DNA from: Paecilomyces variotii
Taxonomy: Eukaryota
Reading direction: 5' to 3' (one strand)
Assembly (NCBI GenBank): GCA_004022145.1
Contig: RCNU01000016.1
DNA: 64,000 nt
The notes beneath the pieces are model-generated. The model made no database searches and was not told the origin of the DNA. It worked only from the letters and a program-made list of their open reading frames with translations. This document shows positions 42,001 through 55,000 of the stretch, in pieces (position 1 is the first letter of the stretch; each line of letters begins with the position of its first letter). The translations under genes and the position numbers were made by a program.

Positions 42001-42760
42001 CTGGGCGCGACTACTACTACTAGCAGAATACGCATATAATAATACCAGAAGAACAGTAACGGGACTATTCCCATTCTTTGTATGCTACAATTGTCACCCT
42101 AAACCACCATCGCTGACAGAAGTTCCTGTAAATGGGGAACCAAATATGTAAAAATTCGCAGAAGACATGACGTCACTATATAAGGACCTTGTTGATTACT
42201 TACTCCACTTATAAGATTGCGCGTTAGAACGCCAACCGGGATACCCCATATAGTTTGAGATAGGGGACAAGGTCTTATTAAACACAAAATACCTCAGAAT
42301 AGATAGGCCTAGCAAGAAATTAGACAGTAAAAGGCAAGGCCTATTTAAGGTTATCGCAAAAGTCAGTTCTCAAGCATATAGATTGAAACTCCCAGCGACA
42401 TACTGGATATACCCTGTCTTCCATATTTCTTTGCTGTCACCTTAGAAGACAAGCGAGCTATACTAAGAACTACAGCCAGAGCCACCGGTCTAAGTCACAG
42501 ATGATTTAGGTTAACATAAAGAATGGGAGGTAGAGAAAATCCTTGATGCGAAGGGGAGGGACCGCACACTGAAGTATCTTATTAAGTGGAAAGGTTATGG
42601 GGACCAGGAGAATACATAGGAGCCTGCACGTCACCTTCAGAATGCTCCAGAGGCGTTATGCTAATACTGGGTTTTGGCGAAGAAGTTATCGCATGCTCTA
42701 GAAGCTATTAAGAAGTTCTACAAAGAGCACCCTTTTATACCGGGTCTATATGACAATTGA
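39030..42760 (+). pseudogene. pol: pol of D (PR-RT-RH-IN-chromodomain)
   Basis: ALID protease motif, YLDD at 40304-40315, ETDAS, integrase zinc finger and core, GPF, chromodomain EWEVEKILD...YLIKWKGY...NTWEP at about 42521-42630, TGA at 42758-42760. The track ORFs 39308 and 40472 are fragments of it. Confidence 0.93.
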
Positions 42761-42774
42761 ATTTGCGTCAAATA

Positions 42775-43062
42775 AGCTAAGCATAGAAGTGCTATTTATA
42801 AGAGACAGAGGGATAAAGAGCTAAGCGTAATATATGCTATTTAGGGCTACAGACAGTTAGCTGAGCAGATTACTGCTATTTAGAGCTATATTAAGCTAAG
42901 CATAGATACTACTATTTAGAGCTACAATAATATAATACTTTCACTTAAAAGATAAGCATCAGTGCTGTTTAGATCCACATATAAGACTAGACTAGAGATA
43001 CTTTTGCTTAAAAGATAAGCATTAGTACTGTTTAGATCTACATATAAGCCTAGACTAGAGAC
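42775..43062 (+). repeat. Array of 6 degenerate short hairpin repeats between pol and ORF3 of D
   Basis: Units AG(C/A)TRAGC-variable 5-8 nt-TRCTRTTTA starting at 42775, 42819, 42859, 42894, 42950 and 43013; the last two lie in a ~63 bp duplication. Confidence 0.8.
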
Positions 43063-43214
43063 AAGTAAATAGATGCTAAGAGAATTGCTTAGTTAAATCT
43101 CACTTTTAGAGTCCTCTTACCATAAGAAACTCTACTACTAACTATCCTAACTAGCCTCTGTAATAGGATTAGGTAAACAATTTCATCCAGGTAGAGCGAG
43201 TTACTTAATAATAC

Positions 43215-44615
43215 ATGATGGAATTAAACAGTAGGTAGGACTCTGAGGATAACGCACCTATAAACAAAAGGGATACATTCTATCCTATCAATAAATTCAC
43301 TGATGAGATAAGCAGTTAAGCTCAATAACTGATCAGACAGCTACCAGAATCTAATATCCTTATCCTAACTTTATAGAAATATGCCTTACTAATAGTATGC
43401 CATATATACACCAACACCCGCAGAGGACCGCGAGAAATCAGTTCAGAAACTATATATGAGGCACTCTTACTGATCCGGAATGGAGGTTAGATACCTCAGA
43501 TATAACCCGTTAAACCTCTTCTACTAAAGAGATTTAAGACTCGACACAGAGTCCGCATAGGCAAAATCAGGAAGAACTGCCTGGTGAGCCTTAAACGCAT
43601 AAAGAATTAGAGGCGACGGAAAGACCAGGCCGTCGAAAAAGGACATCTTATACCTTATAAACCACGCACGCTGGCACACCAGAAGGCAGGAAGTAATGTG
43701 TACATACAGGTCACGCGGGGGGCTCCTAAATTATATACATATTAGTTTGTTAATCATCAAGGACAAATAGTACCCCCGGCAAATATTCTAGAAGAAGAGA
43801 ATGTTACAGACATTATGGTCGAGTTAGCATTAGCTAATAATAATAAAGAAATCCATAGGATAACAGCTCACAATAAGAAACTGTGGACCTTTACAGTTAG
43901 AGAATATCTTTTTTTTGAATAAGGGGGAACTGCAGAGAGGGATTACCTCAACTTCATTATACCGGACGTTAAAGCACTAAATATGCAGCATTTCGCGTTA
44001 ACAATTACTAATAGACTGGGTGGAGATCAGCAAACAACAGAGACACTAACAGGTAAGACTAGACCACCGCTGGTTACAATTGAGAACAATGTAGAGGAAC
44101 TAATCCTAGATACCCTAAACACCGCAAGTAGCATATTAGGGGCAGATAGCACAATGACGCTGGACAATATTACAATCATCAACGATATCAAGAACACCGA
44201 TAATAGGAATGACTAAAACTAGCAAGTTCCCGACACATATATCTGGGATAACAGTCCTCTAGACATATTAAACAACAGTTCGCCAGCGACTGTGGAAGAC
44301 AATAACAGAGTTAATAATGCAGAGATAAAGTTAGAACAACTTACCCACCGGACTATCCCAATTATCAACTTAACATCGGAACTAGAGACTATATTAACAG
44401 ACATAAATATTAATTCTAAACATACAATAAAAACCGAACGGGACATTGCAGCACTAGTTATTAACCTCACCAATGATAAACCCATTAAGAGGGAGGCTGC
44501 TTATAATCTAACTATCTCGTGGAATAAAAACCGCAGAAAAGTTATCAAATTAGAGGAACTGGATATTTCCGAAGCTATCTCCCTACTTGAGAACTTGGCC
44601 AAGAAGGGAGACTGA
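43215..44615 (+). pseudogene. Extra ORF3 of D, 466 codons, unknown protein
   Basis: ATG 43215 is in frame with track ORFs 43983-44216 and 44292-44615. About 11 internal stops, all TAA/TAG (RIP type); terminal stop is TGA. Confidence 0.85.
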
Positions 44616-44990
44616 AGCGACTGGATATTTATAGAAGAAGCGACAGGATACTGGCGAAGAAGAAGCGGCTTAATATTTATAGGGTATTCTTCCTGTAAAT
44701 TTTTTCTTTTAGATAGTGTTACTTGAGACGGCTCTGCTTACCCTTTTAATATTCCCTTATTATATTCTTCTAACATTATATTTCTCTTGCCTGCGGCTGC
44801 ATTTGGTAATATTTCCCCTGCATACTGCCTTGATTTAAAATGTTAATTGCAGCTATTATAGTATCCCACGGGGACCTATAAAGCAGTATGGCGTTTAGAG
44901 GCGTGTGACAGTATTCTGTAATATACTATGGTTTTAGATTTAACTTCTAAGACCTGCGTAAGCGCAGGCCCCTTTAAGAGGGGGGGTGAA

Positions 44991-45145
44991 TGTCATAGAG
45001 ACAAACCCCCAGACCTCGGGTCACGTGACTTGCCAGTCACGTGACACATCATGTGACTTCCTGTACTTAGACCTACTAGATCTTAGGATCTCTTCTAATC
45101 CTCTAATAAGAATGACTTCGGCATTAACCCCTTTACCCCACGTCA
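44991..45145 (+). repeat. 3' LTR of D
   Basis: TGTCATAGAG...CCCACGTCA followed by TSD ATATT. Confidence 0.96.
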
Positions 45146-45150
45146 ATATT

Positions 45151-46806
45151 AGTAATATATATTCTCTAAGAAGTTTTTAGCCTATAACTTTTACTTTAAT
45201 ATCTATTCTCTTTATATTAAATTTAGAAGAGAATATAACTTTAGCATTTAGGAATAATATTTAAAAAAGGCATAATAAATAGCAGAATAGCTACTAAATA
45301 ACTCTTATATAGTTAGATTAAAGATAGGCTAATTAAGGACCTTATTCAGAAGAGTATTAGTGTTTATTAAGTTCTTAAGCTTATAGAATAGCCTATTAGG
45401 TATACTTCTTATATTTAGCTTAGCTTTTAGTCTATTAGATTATATAGGAATAGGCTTTATATTCTCTATAGTTATATCTTCTATATAGATATTATTTGCT
45501 AGACCTTTTATAGTCGCCTTAGGTAGTTTTTAAGAAGACTATATCTTAATATAATAGCTCTTAACGGCAGGATAAGTACTAATCTAAGAAGCTTTAGAAG
45601 TTAATCTTAGTATAGTAAATTTTATATTACTTAATAGGCTATAATACTATCTTTATTACTATTTCCCTATTCTTTATCTATATTATTAACCTTATTATTT
45701 TATTTAAGGATTAAGCTAATTAGAGTAAATTAAAATTAGATATAAGCTTAAATTATAGGCTTATTATTTTAAATAGCTTCTTGTATAATTTTAATTAGCT
45801 TTCTATTATACTAGAAAGGAATTTTAGTACTTTTATTCTTAGCCTTACTAAAATAAATATATATTATTTCTAGGTATTAATAAATATATCTCTTATAGAT
45901 ATCTTTAAGGTAATTAAAATAATTATTAATTTTCTTATTAGGTTTTTTATAATAATAGTAAGTAGGCTCTACTTACTATTAATAAGATATAACTAAGATA
46001 ATATTTACTTCTATAGCAATATAGTATTCTTACTAATTCTATTTATCTTCTTATAATATAAGAGTTTTAATAAGTAAAAATAGAGCTTTAAATTAAGTAG
46101 CTAGGTTATTAACTATTTTATTTACTTCCTTATATATAATCTCTAATTAGCTTAGCTAGTAGTTAGGATTTAGCTATTATAGCTTTAGTTTAGCTAGAGA
46201 CTAATACTCTTTTATTATAATATTTAGATTCTTATCTTTCTTTTTAAGTTTAAAGAATTTATTAATATAATTATTTACAGTAATAATCTCTAAAACCTTT
46301 TATTTTATCTTATTAAACTTTACTTCTTCTAATTCTTTAAAGTCTATCTTAAGCTTCTCTACTACTTTCTTACTAAGCTTTTTAGGCAATTCTTAAAAAA
46401 ATTAGATACTGCAAGTATACTTATCTAGATAACCTTTCTTAAAGACTACCTTAGAGATACTTATATACTCTTAGATATAATCCTTTACTCTATTATCTTA
46501 GGCACGCTTCTTATTCTTATATACCTCTAGATACCTATAAGTATATACTTATTATTTAGTATTCTTCTTATAAAACTCCTTTTTAACTTTTTTATAGAAA
46601 GTCTCTTAGTCCTACTTAATATAGAATATAATTATCTTTATTTAATTATTAATTTAAATATTATAATATTTTAGCACTTAATAAAAGGTTTTATTATTCT
46701 TTCCTTTAAATCTATAATTTATATATAGGTTTATAAAGCAATTTAAAAAGTTAATAATATTCTTTCTATTAAAATAAGAAGCTCCTAATATACCTAATAA
46801 TAGCAT
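45151..46806 (-). pseudogene. gag: C1 gag 5' part
   Basis: De-RIP MPLPGTPGAPYFDGKNITDFL from ATG at 46806; the ORF may begin further upstream. Confidence 0.7.
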
Positions 46807-47426
46807 AAAAATAAATACTTAAGGTGTAACTAAATTAGCTATAGTATATAACTCTTATTTATTTAAAGAAAGGAAAGAAGTTTAAGAAACTAATAAGGTA
46901 AGAGTATTTTAATTAAGCAAAGGTTTTAATTCCTAAGTATTATCTCTCTTACTATTTATTAAAAATAATTATTCTAATTCTATTATTAGAGAGAGTTTTA
47001 TTTCCCTTTTTTACTTTAAATAAAGTACTAATATAATAATCTCCTATAGAAGATATTTCTCCTAATTAGCCTTTTTCTACTTCTTATAAGCTACTTCCTA
47101 TTAATAGTAAGTATACTTAACTACTTTTAATAGAATATAATACTAAATAAATAATAAGAGAATTTATTACTTAGGAATAGTCTTTCTATAAGAACTATTC
47201 TCTTCAGAAGTTAATATAGGGAGGCTCTCTATAACTTATATCTAGAACAGTCTATTAAATTAGCTTCTTTATATATTATATATAAGAACCTTAATAATTC
47301 CCCTTTCTCTTTATAATAGGATTTAGGGTTAACTTAATGCCCTAGCTCTTAAGCTCTTATTCTTAGTATTATTTCTTAATAACTAAATCCCTTATATAAT
47401 AGTATTTCTCTGCGTTAGTTACTATT

Positions 47427-47682
47427 TAACATAGAAAAGGCACTAATAAGAAGAATAGCGTAAGAAGCTATATAAGAACTTAAACTATAAAGCGTAACTA
47501 AGTATAGAGAACAGAAGCATTATAGAATAACTTAGTACTATATAAATAGAACTATAGTATATATAATACTAAGAAGTAGAGAGATATTAATCTAAATATA
47601 TAATATAGTTAAGAGAATAAGCTAACTATAGCTCTAACTATATAATATTATTACGTAATACGGTTATAAGTTCCCTATAATA
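47427..47682 (-). repeat. 5' LTR of C1
   Basis: 256 bp. On the minus strand it is followed by AA-TAGTAACTAACGCAG, a RIPed TGG-type PBS. Confidence 0.88.
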
Positions 47683-49074
47683 CTATTTATATTAATATTA
47701 GTAAGCTAAGTTTAGTTAGTAAATTATAAAGTAATATGCTTAAGATAGGTTAATAGCAGTACTTTAATCTGCTATACTTAGATTACTTACTATATTAAAA
47801 GGCTAATCTTTAGGGTTAAGATTTTTTATAAATACTATATTTTTAAATAAGTACTTATTTAAATATAACTTAGGTTAAAATTTATATTTATTATTTGCCT
47901 TTTTATTTTACTAAGTAGTCTATTATATTAATAGTATAAAATAACAGATTATAAGATCTTATTAATTACCTATTATTACTATATTAAAAATTACTTTACT
48001 TATAAAGTTCTAACTTAAGTTAGTTTAATTAAACTATAAGAATTATTACTATTATAACTTATTATTCTCTTAAAATTTTTATCTTATAAAAAACCTTAAT
48101 TAATATTTACTTATTCTATCTTTTTTTTCCTTTATCTTTTTTTTCCCGCTAAAGCTTACTTAAATTAATTTAAATTATTTTATTACTCTAGTTTTATTAT
48201 ATTATCTATATTAAATCTATAATCTATAATAAATTAATCTTAGATCTAACTTAAGTTAGATAAAATATACTTATCTATAAGCGAGCTCTAGTAAAGTCTT
48301 TTAAGATTTTTTACTTCTTATGCAGTAAGTTAAGATTTATATATCTTAATTATTCTAAGTTTTTCTACTTCTTCTTTTATTTTTTATTCTCTATTAATTC
48401 TTTTTTAAATAGAAGTTTAGTAGATAAACTTAGCTTTATTATATATATCTTTTTTTACTCTTAAATAGCTTTTTAAATAATTAAGTTATAATTAATAGTA
48501 TACTAGGCTAGTAATTTATTAATATTATTAATATTAGGCTTTTAATCTTATTATATAAGTAGATTAGCTATTTCCTATAAAGCTCTAAGATAATTATTTT
48601 ATTTCTCCTATATTAGGTTAATATCTAACTTAAATTAAATTAATAATATATATATTTTATTTTAAATAAGATTCTTCTCCTAAGAGTTAGCTTTTCCTTA
48701 GCCTAATTTCAGTATTTTAATTATATTAGTTTTTATATATTAATAGGTCTATAGCGCCTCTAGTAAGTTAATCTCTTTCTTTAATTCTTTCTTATAATAT
48801 CTTAAGATATAAATATTCTTAATATTATAGTTCTATTAAAATTATACTCTTATAGTTATATTTCTAAAGTCTATAAAAGTCTATATATAGTCGCCCTATA
48901 TTGCATTAATTTTAACTTAAGTTAGTTTTTTTAAAACTTATAATCTTAATAGTATTATTAAACTTTTTTATAATGCCTTTAAACTTACCTTTAATTATTT
49001 TTAAGTATTTTTATAAGACTCTTACTTAATAATAATAGTTAAACTATAATAGATAAGTTTAATACTCCTTATAG

Positions 49075-52000
49075 TATAGTAGGGAGAATTAGTATAAAGA
49101 ATATAATTAGTTAAGAGATTATATACTTTTACTTAAAGTCTTTAAAAGGTCTATAAGCAAAGTAGGAGAGAAGAGAGAGAATACTCTTTTAGTTATTTAG
49201 AATAAAATAATTAGCCTTTCCTTTTTATTATTATTCGGTATTAGTTTAATATTAGATTATTATTAGTTTATTATATTAGTTTATAGCTAGAGCTTTTTCT
49301 CTAACTTTACTTTAAGCTCTAAAGCTAAATACCCTTCTTTTTCTTCTTAATATTTATTTGCTTAAAGACTTTATACTAAGTCTTAATATATCTTTCTATA
49401 ATAAATTAGAGCCGAATATAAGGGGCATTAAAATATTAAATAAAAATAAGGGAGAAAGAAGAACTAGAAGCTAAGGTTAAGGCTAAAACTAAAGAAAGGG
49501 GTAAAAAGCAGTAAAAAGATAAATAAAATAATTAAGAAAGATTACTACTATAAATAAAAAGAGATAAATATATCTCTTAGATTAGTAGAGATAGCAAATA
49601 TAATATAGGGCAAAAACGCGCATTAATAATAAGAGAAAGAAAGGATTATTAAATATAAGGAAGAGCTTAGCAAGTATAAAAGAAAAGTAAAAATTTAAAA
49701 GGAATAAGAAATTATTAAGTAAGAATTATTTATTAAAAAGTAGAAGAATTTTTTACTATTATCTTTATTACTATTCTTTTAAAAAAATATAGAAAAAAGT
49801 ATTAATCTTTTTAATATTAGTTAAGATAAAAGGACTTTTAGCTTCTTAATATTATTAGGTCTAGAGATATAGATAGCTTAGGTATTTAAAAATATAAGAC
49901 TATTAATAGTGCAGTTAATCTAGATTATATTAGCTTTATAAATGCCAATGCCTAGAAATCCTAAGGCATTATATTTTAAAGGGGATAATATTACTTATTA
50001 TTTAAGGCTTTTTAAGAGGCTATATAAGGCGAATTAACTTTTAGAAAAGGAAAAAATTAAATAGTTTATAAATTATTATAGCCTGTTAGTATTATTATAG
50101 ATAAGTATTTAATCTAAATATAAAGAGAAAAATTACCTAAAATTAGCAAAAGCGACTAAATAAGAATATACTTATTATAATAAGCACTAAAGGAAATATA
50201 ATATCTAATAGCTAGAAAGGTTTAAAAATATAAAATATAATAGCTCTAAGGACCTAAAAGAGTATACTAAGAATATTAAGCTATATTAGAAGCGCTAGTA
50301 ACTTTAGGTAAGTTAAGTTAATATTTATAAGAAGTTTAATATCTTTAAAGACTTCTAAAGAAGTTTAAGCAGTAGGTAGTTTAAGAATTAAATATAGACT
50401 ATTATACTCTGTCTATTATTAAATATGCTAATTTCTATAAAGAGATAATAAATAGGGTAAGAATAATTAAAACCCTTTACTACCTCGACAGTAATAAATT
50501 AGAAAAAGATTAAGATATAGCGGCTTTAATAAAGGAGAAGGTAACTAAAGAAGATAATACGCGACTTCTTATTAAATTTAATAGAACCTACCTAGATAAA
50601 AATAAGAGTAAGACTAAATAATAGAGTATTAAAGTAAAGTTAATAGAGTAGTTATAGATTAATTAGTTAATAAAAGAGTTTAAGAAGTTAAAACTGTATA
50701 ATATACAGTATATAGGGAGGCCTAATAGTAGTATGCCTAATACTAGCATAAATATATAAGCTAGGGTGCTTTTAGGATTTAACCTAATTAGAGGATTTAA
50801 AATATTTTTAAACTTATATAATTTCTGCTAAGCTTCTAATTATATTTAATCTTATTACTTAGATTTAAAAAGCCTCTTAAATTAGAAGCTTATCTATTAA
50901 GAAGAAAATTATAAACTTTACTTTAGGCTAGAAAGATAAAATAGAGAAGTTATTTATCTTATATAGGAGAATATATTATAAAAGGAGATTATTAAATAGA
51001 GACTAAAGGAAGAGTAAAGAAATATTAGCTTAATTGGGTATAATATCTAGTTAATTATACTAGGACAGCCTAGGGATAACTTAAGCTTTAAGGAAGAAGC
51101 TAAGGATATTATAAAAAATTACTACTTTATTAATATAATAAGATTAGATAAGCCCTAAGGAATAAAAAAAAGATAAAGTAAGATTAAATAATTATATAAA
51201 GAAAAGCTATAGAAAGTAATTAAATAGAAATAGAGATTTCTTTTAGTTAAGATAAACTAATTTAGCAATTATTAGCCTCTAAGTATAACTAAGAAAGTAA
51301 GGATAGTTAAAGAGAAAATAAAGGATACGCCTAAGTAGAATAAAGATAAAAAAGTTATTGAGATAAAAGAGAAGTAGAAGTTAAAGAGGTTTAAAGTTAT
51401 AGATAAGCTAAAAGAGACTATTAATATAATAGGGGTTATAAATTAAATATTAAATACTAGAGTTTAGATATTAATTTAGGACCTTATTAGTCTATCTCCT
51501 AATTTATATAAGGCCTTATTTATCTCGCAACTGCAGCAGGTAATAATAAAGGCGATATTCTATAATACTAAAGGAGTATAGTTTAATACCTTTATATTAA
51601 ATATAGAGTATATAGTAAATAGTATAGATTAATATATTTATATATCCTTATAATTTAAGCCTTTTAATAAAGATAAGGTACTATATATAGCTATAACTCT
51701 GAAGTTATTAATTAAAATTAATAGTTATAAGAAGGTATAAAATATTATAGTAGATAGTAGAGCCGAAATTAATATAATATATAGAGATATAGTAAATTAC
51801 TATAAACTTATTATAAGCTAGAAATTTAGAGGTAATATAATATTAATAGATAGCGGGCAGACTTCTTTTATAAGTCTTTATAAAGAAGTATCTATATAAG
51901 TAAAATCTTTCTATTATAAAGTCTCTTTTTTTATAATAAATAATAAGATTAACTATAATTATATTCTAGGACAGCCTTTTAAATATTAAGTATATTTATA

Positions 52001-55000
52001 GTATATTACTCTATTAGATAGAATAGTAAAAAGTATAATTTACTTTATAGACTAAAAGAATTAAGCTATTATTTAAGTATTTTTAATAAATAACCTAAGA
52101 AATAAGTTAAGAGAAGAGATATTATACAATTTATTATCCTAGGTATAAGAATTATTAAACTAGAGTTAAAAAGGAATAATAGATATTAGACTAAGAATAA
52201 AGAAGGCCTACAGGAGCTATACTTAGTAAATAATATTAGCTTTAGAATAAGCGAGGAAATTAAAAGTAAAGGAATAGAGATATTTAAACCTATTAAATTA
52301 AATAAAGGAGTTAGAAGATTATAAGGGTATAGACTATTTAAAAGATATAACCTTTTTATTATAAAAATAAAATATTCTGTTAATATATAGTATAAGAAGA
52401 AATATAAAAAGATTTATTTAATAAATATATTAAATAAATTTATAGCAGCTCTAGGGGGGTTATTAGAATAAAAAGAAGTTATTAAAGAATATTATTATAA
52501 GAATCTTTAAAAAAATATAAAAGAAATATATAGAGGATTTACTAAATATATTTAGTTAAAGATATTAGATATTAAGAGAGGAACAAGATTAATACTAGAC
52601 TATTTAAAGAACCTTATTATAGGTAATAATTTATAGCTAAAAGAGAAAGAATTATTAATAGAGGTGCTTTTTACTTAAAAAGCAGTCCTTACCTAGATCT
52701 TTAAAGAGATTAAATAAATATACCTAAAAGTTATATCTTTAATTATTATTTAGACTATAAATTATAAATTATAATAAGTAAAGAGCTTCTTAGTATTAAA
52801 GGCATTCTATAGTATAATATAAGAAATAATAAAAGAGAAGATAAATGCGGGGATTCTTAAATACAGTTAAAGACCTTATTAAAATCTGTAGTTCCTAATA
52901 AAAAAGAAAAGTAATAAATATTAGCTAATTAATGCGGTTATAAAAGTAAATTAAATAATAATATAAGATATTAATTTACCCCCTTTAGCTAATAAGTTCT
53001 TAGAAGAGTTTAATAGAATACTAGTATTAATACTTATAGACTTATTCTTTAAGTATAATTAGTTAGAGTTGGCTAAGGAATTATAGGACTTAATAGCTTT
53101 TTATATATTAGGAATTAGTTTAGTTTATTAAGCTAGACTACTCTAAGGATAGATAAATGCAGTATAGGAGTTTATATAAGAAGTTATATAAGCACTAGCA
53201 GATAATATTCCTAATATCTATAATATATTTCTAGATAATATACTAATATAAGGATCTAAGACTAATTATAAGGGGGAAGAGATACTGCCGGGAATTAGAA
53301 GGTTTATATTTAAATATATCTAGAATATTAATAAAGTATTATATAGTCTTAAACTTATAGGTTTAATAATTATTAGAGAGAAATTATAATTTATAATACT
53401 AGGAATTAAAATAGTAGGCTATATATATAATGCTGAAAGGAGATATTTTAAGTCGGCTAAGATAATTAAGATTTTAAAGTAGCTACTTTATTAGAACTTA
53501 TAAGAAGTAAAAGAATTTCTAAGGGTTATAGCCTATTACTAGATATAGATTAAAGAATATACTATTAAAGCTGAGCTAATATACTTAATATTAAGGAAGA
53601 GATAAGATTTCTTTTAGAGGCCGGAATAATAAGAAATAATAAATACCTTAAAAATAGCCTTAATAATAATACTAGCACTTAAGCTAATTAACTATAGAAA
53701 GGGAGATATAATTATTATTAATACTAATGCTAATAGCAATAAATAAGGGGCTTAACTTATTTAAGAAGAAAAAGAGTCTAATAAGAGATACCTAGCTAGA
53801 TATAAAAGTAGAGTATAGATATAAGCAGAGAAATAATATAATAGAGGAAAGCTAGAGTACAGAATAATATTAAAGGCGCTTTATAAATTCTAAATATACC
53901 TATATAATATATATTTTTAACTAAAGATAGATATAAAAACTTTAATAGCGCAACTAAATAAAATAGCTATAGACCTCTTTAAGTTAGTAGTTACTTAGTA
54001 GATTATTTAGATTTAGCTATTTAACTTTAATATTATCTATATATTGGGAAAAAAGAATTTAGTTATAGATAAATTATCTTAGAAGCTAGTAATAAAGCAA
54101 GATTTAAAAAAGGTAGAAGATAATAATATAAAGGAATTCCTAGACCTATAGTTTTATGCAGTCTATTATACTAGCATATAAAAGATAGAATTAAATAGTA
54201 TCCCTTAGTTAATACTTATATTATATTAGTTAGAAAAATTTTTATTAATTACAAAATAGTTATAAATTATAATAAAACTAGATAATATAAATAAAGGATA
54301 ATATACTAAGTTTAAGAAAGAGGCCCTAAAATATATAGTTTAAGATAATGTATTTTTCTGGAGAGTATAATAAAATTAGCCTTATTATATAGTTATTGAC
54401 AATAAGAAGAAATAAAAAGAAATTCTTATAGCCCTTTATAAAGAGTATAAATATTACAAATATAAAGCAACTTATTAAAAGATAGCTAATTAATATTAGT
54501 AAAAAGGCCTATATAAGTATATTGCTAAATAGGTAAAGATATATAATAAGTATTAAAAAGCAGATAAAGAATATATAAAAAAAGCTTTATAATTAATATT
54601 TATTTTATTAGGGAGATTAAAGCTATACCTAGATATTTATAAGATTATACTACTTAGTAAAGGAAAGACTTATATTACTATACTTTAAGATAACTTTAGC
54701 TAAGTTAAATATAAAGCCCTTAGCAGCCCTATTTTAGAAGCTATTACTAAGTTCTTATAAGAAGATTAAATTTATTATTAAAGAATAATAGAGACTCTTA
54801 TTAATAATAGAGGACTAAAAAATAAAGCTATAGTTAATATATTAGTATAAAAATATAAGATTAATTATATTAAAGTTTTATTATATAACCCGCAAGTAAA
54901 TAAAGCAATTAAAGTTATATATAAGTCTTTTATATACAGTATTAGAAAACTTATAAAAAAAATAGAGATAAATTAAGTAAATTATTTACTAGTAGTAATC

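Larger units (their letters stand above)
37331..45145 (+). mobile_element. Chromovirus (Ty3/Gypsy) D, 7815 bp, full length, moderately RIPed
   Basis: 155 bp LTRs TGTCA...CGTCA (37331-37485, 44991-45145), 5 bp TSD ATATT, PPT AAGAGGGGGGGTGAA at 44976-44990 preceded by hairpin CCTGCG-taag-CGCAGG (44953-44968). Confidence 0.96.
18929..47682 (-). mobile_element. Ty3/Gypsy family C, copy 1 (about 10.2 kb net, interrupted by A2 and D)
   Basis: LTRs 18929-19186 and 47427-47682, TSD CTAT at 18925-18928 and 47683-47686. Minus-strand gag, RT (NPWFLIKKKNGKYRLINAA, FLDD at 35704-35693) and IN resemble family A. Confidence 0.9.

Noticed and set aside
42775-43062. CRISPR array (TTTAGAGCTA resembles the Cas9 repeat)
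   Set aside because: Eukaryotic retroelement context, degenerate units, irregular spacers and no cas genes; the match is short and coincidental.
39526-44485. Minus-strand ORFs 39526-39717, 42099-42287 and 44219-44485
   Set aside because: Antisense shadows of D pol and ORF3.
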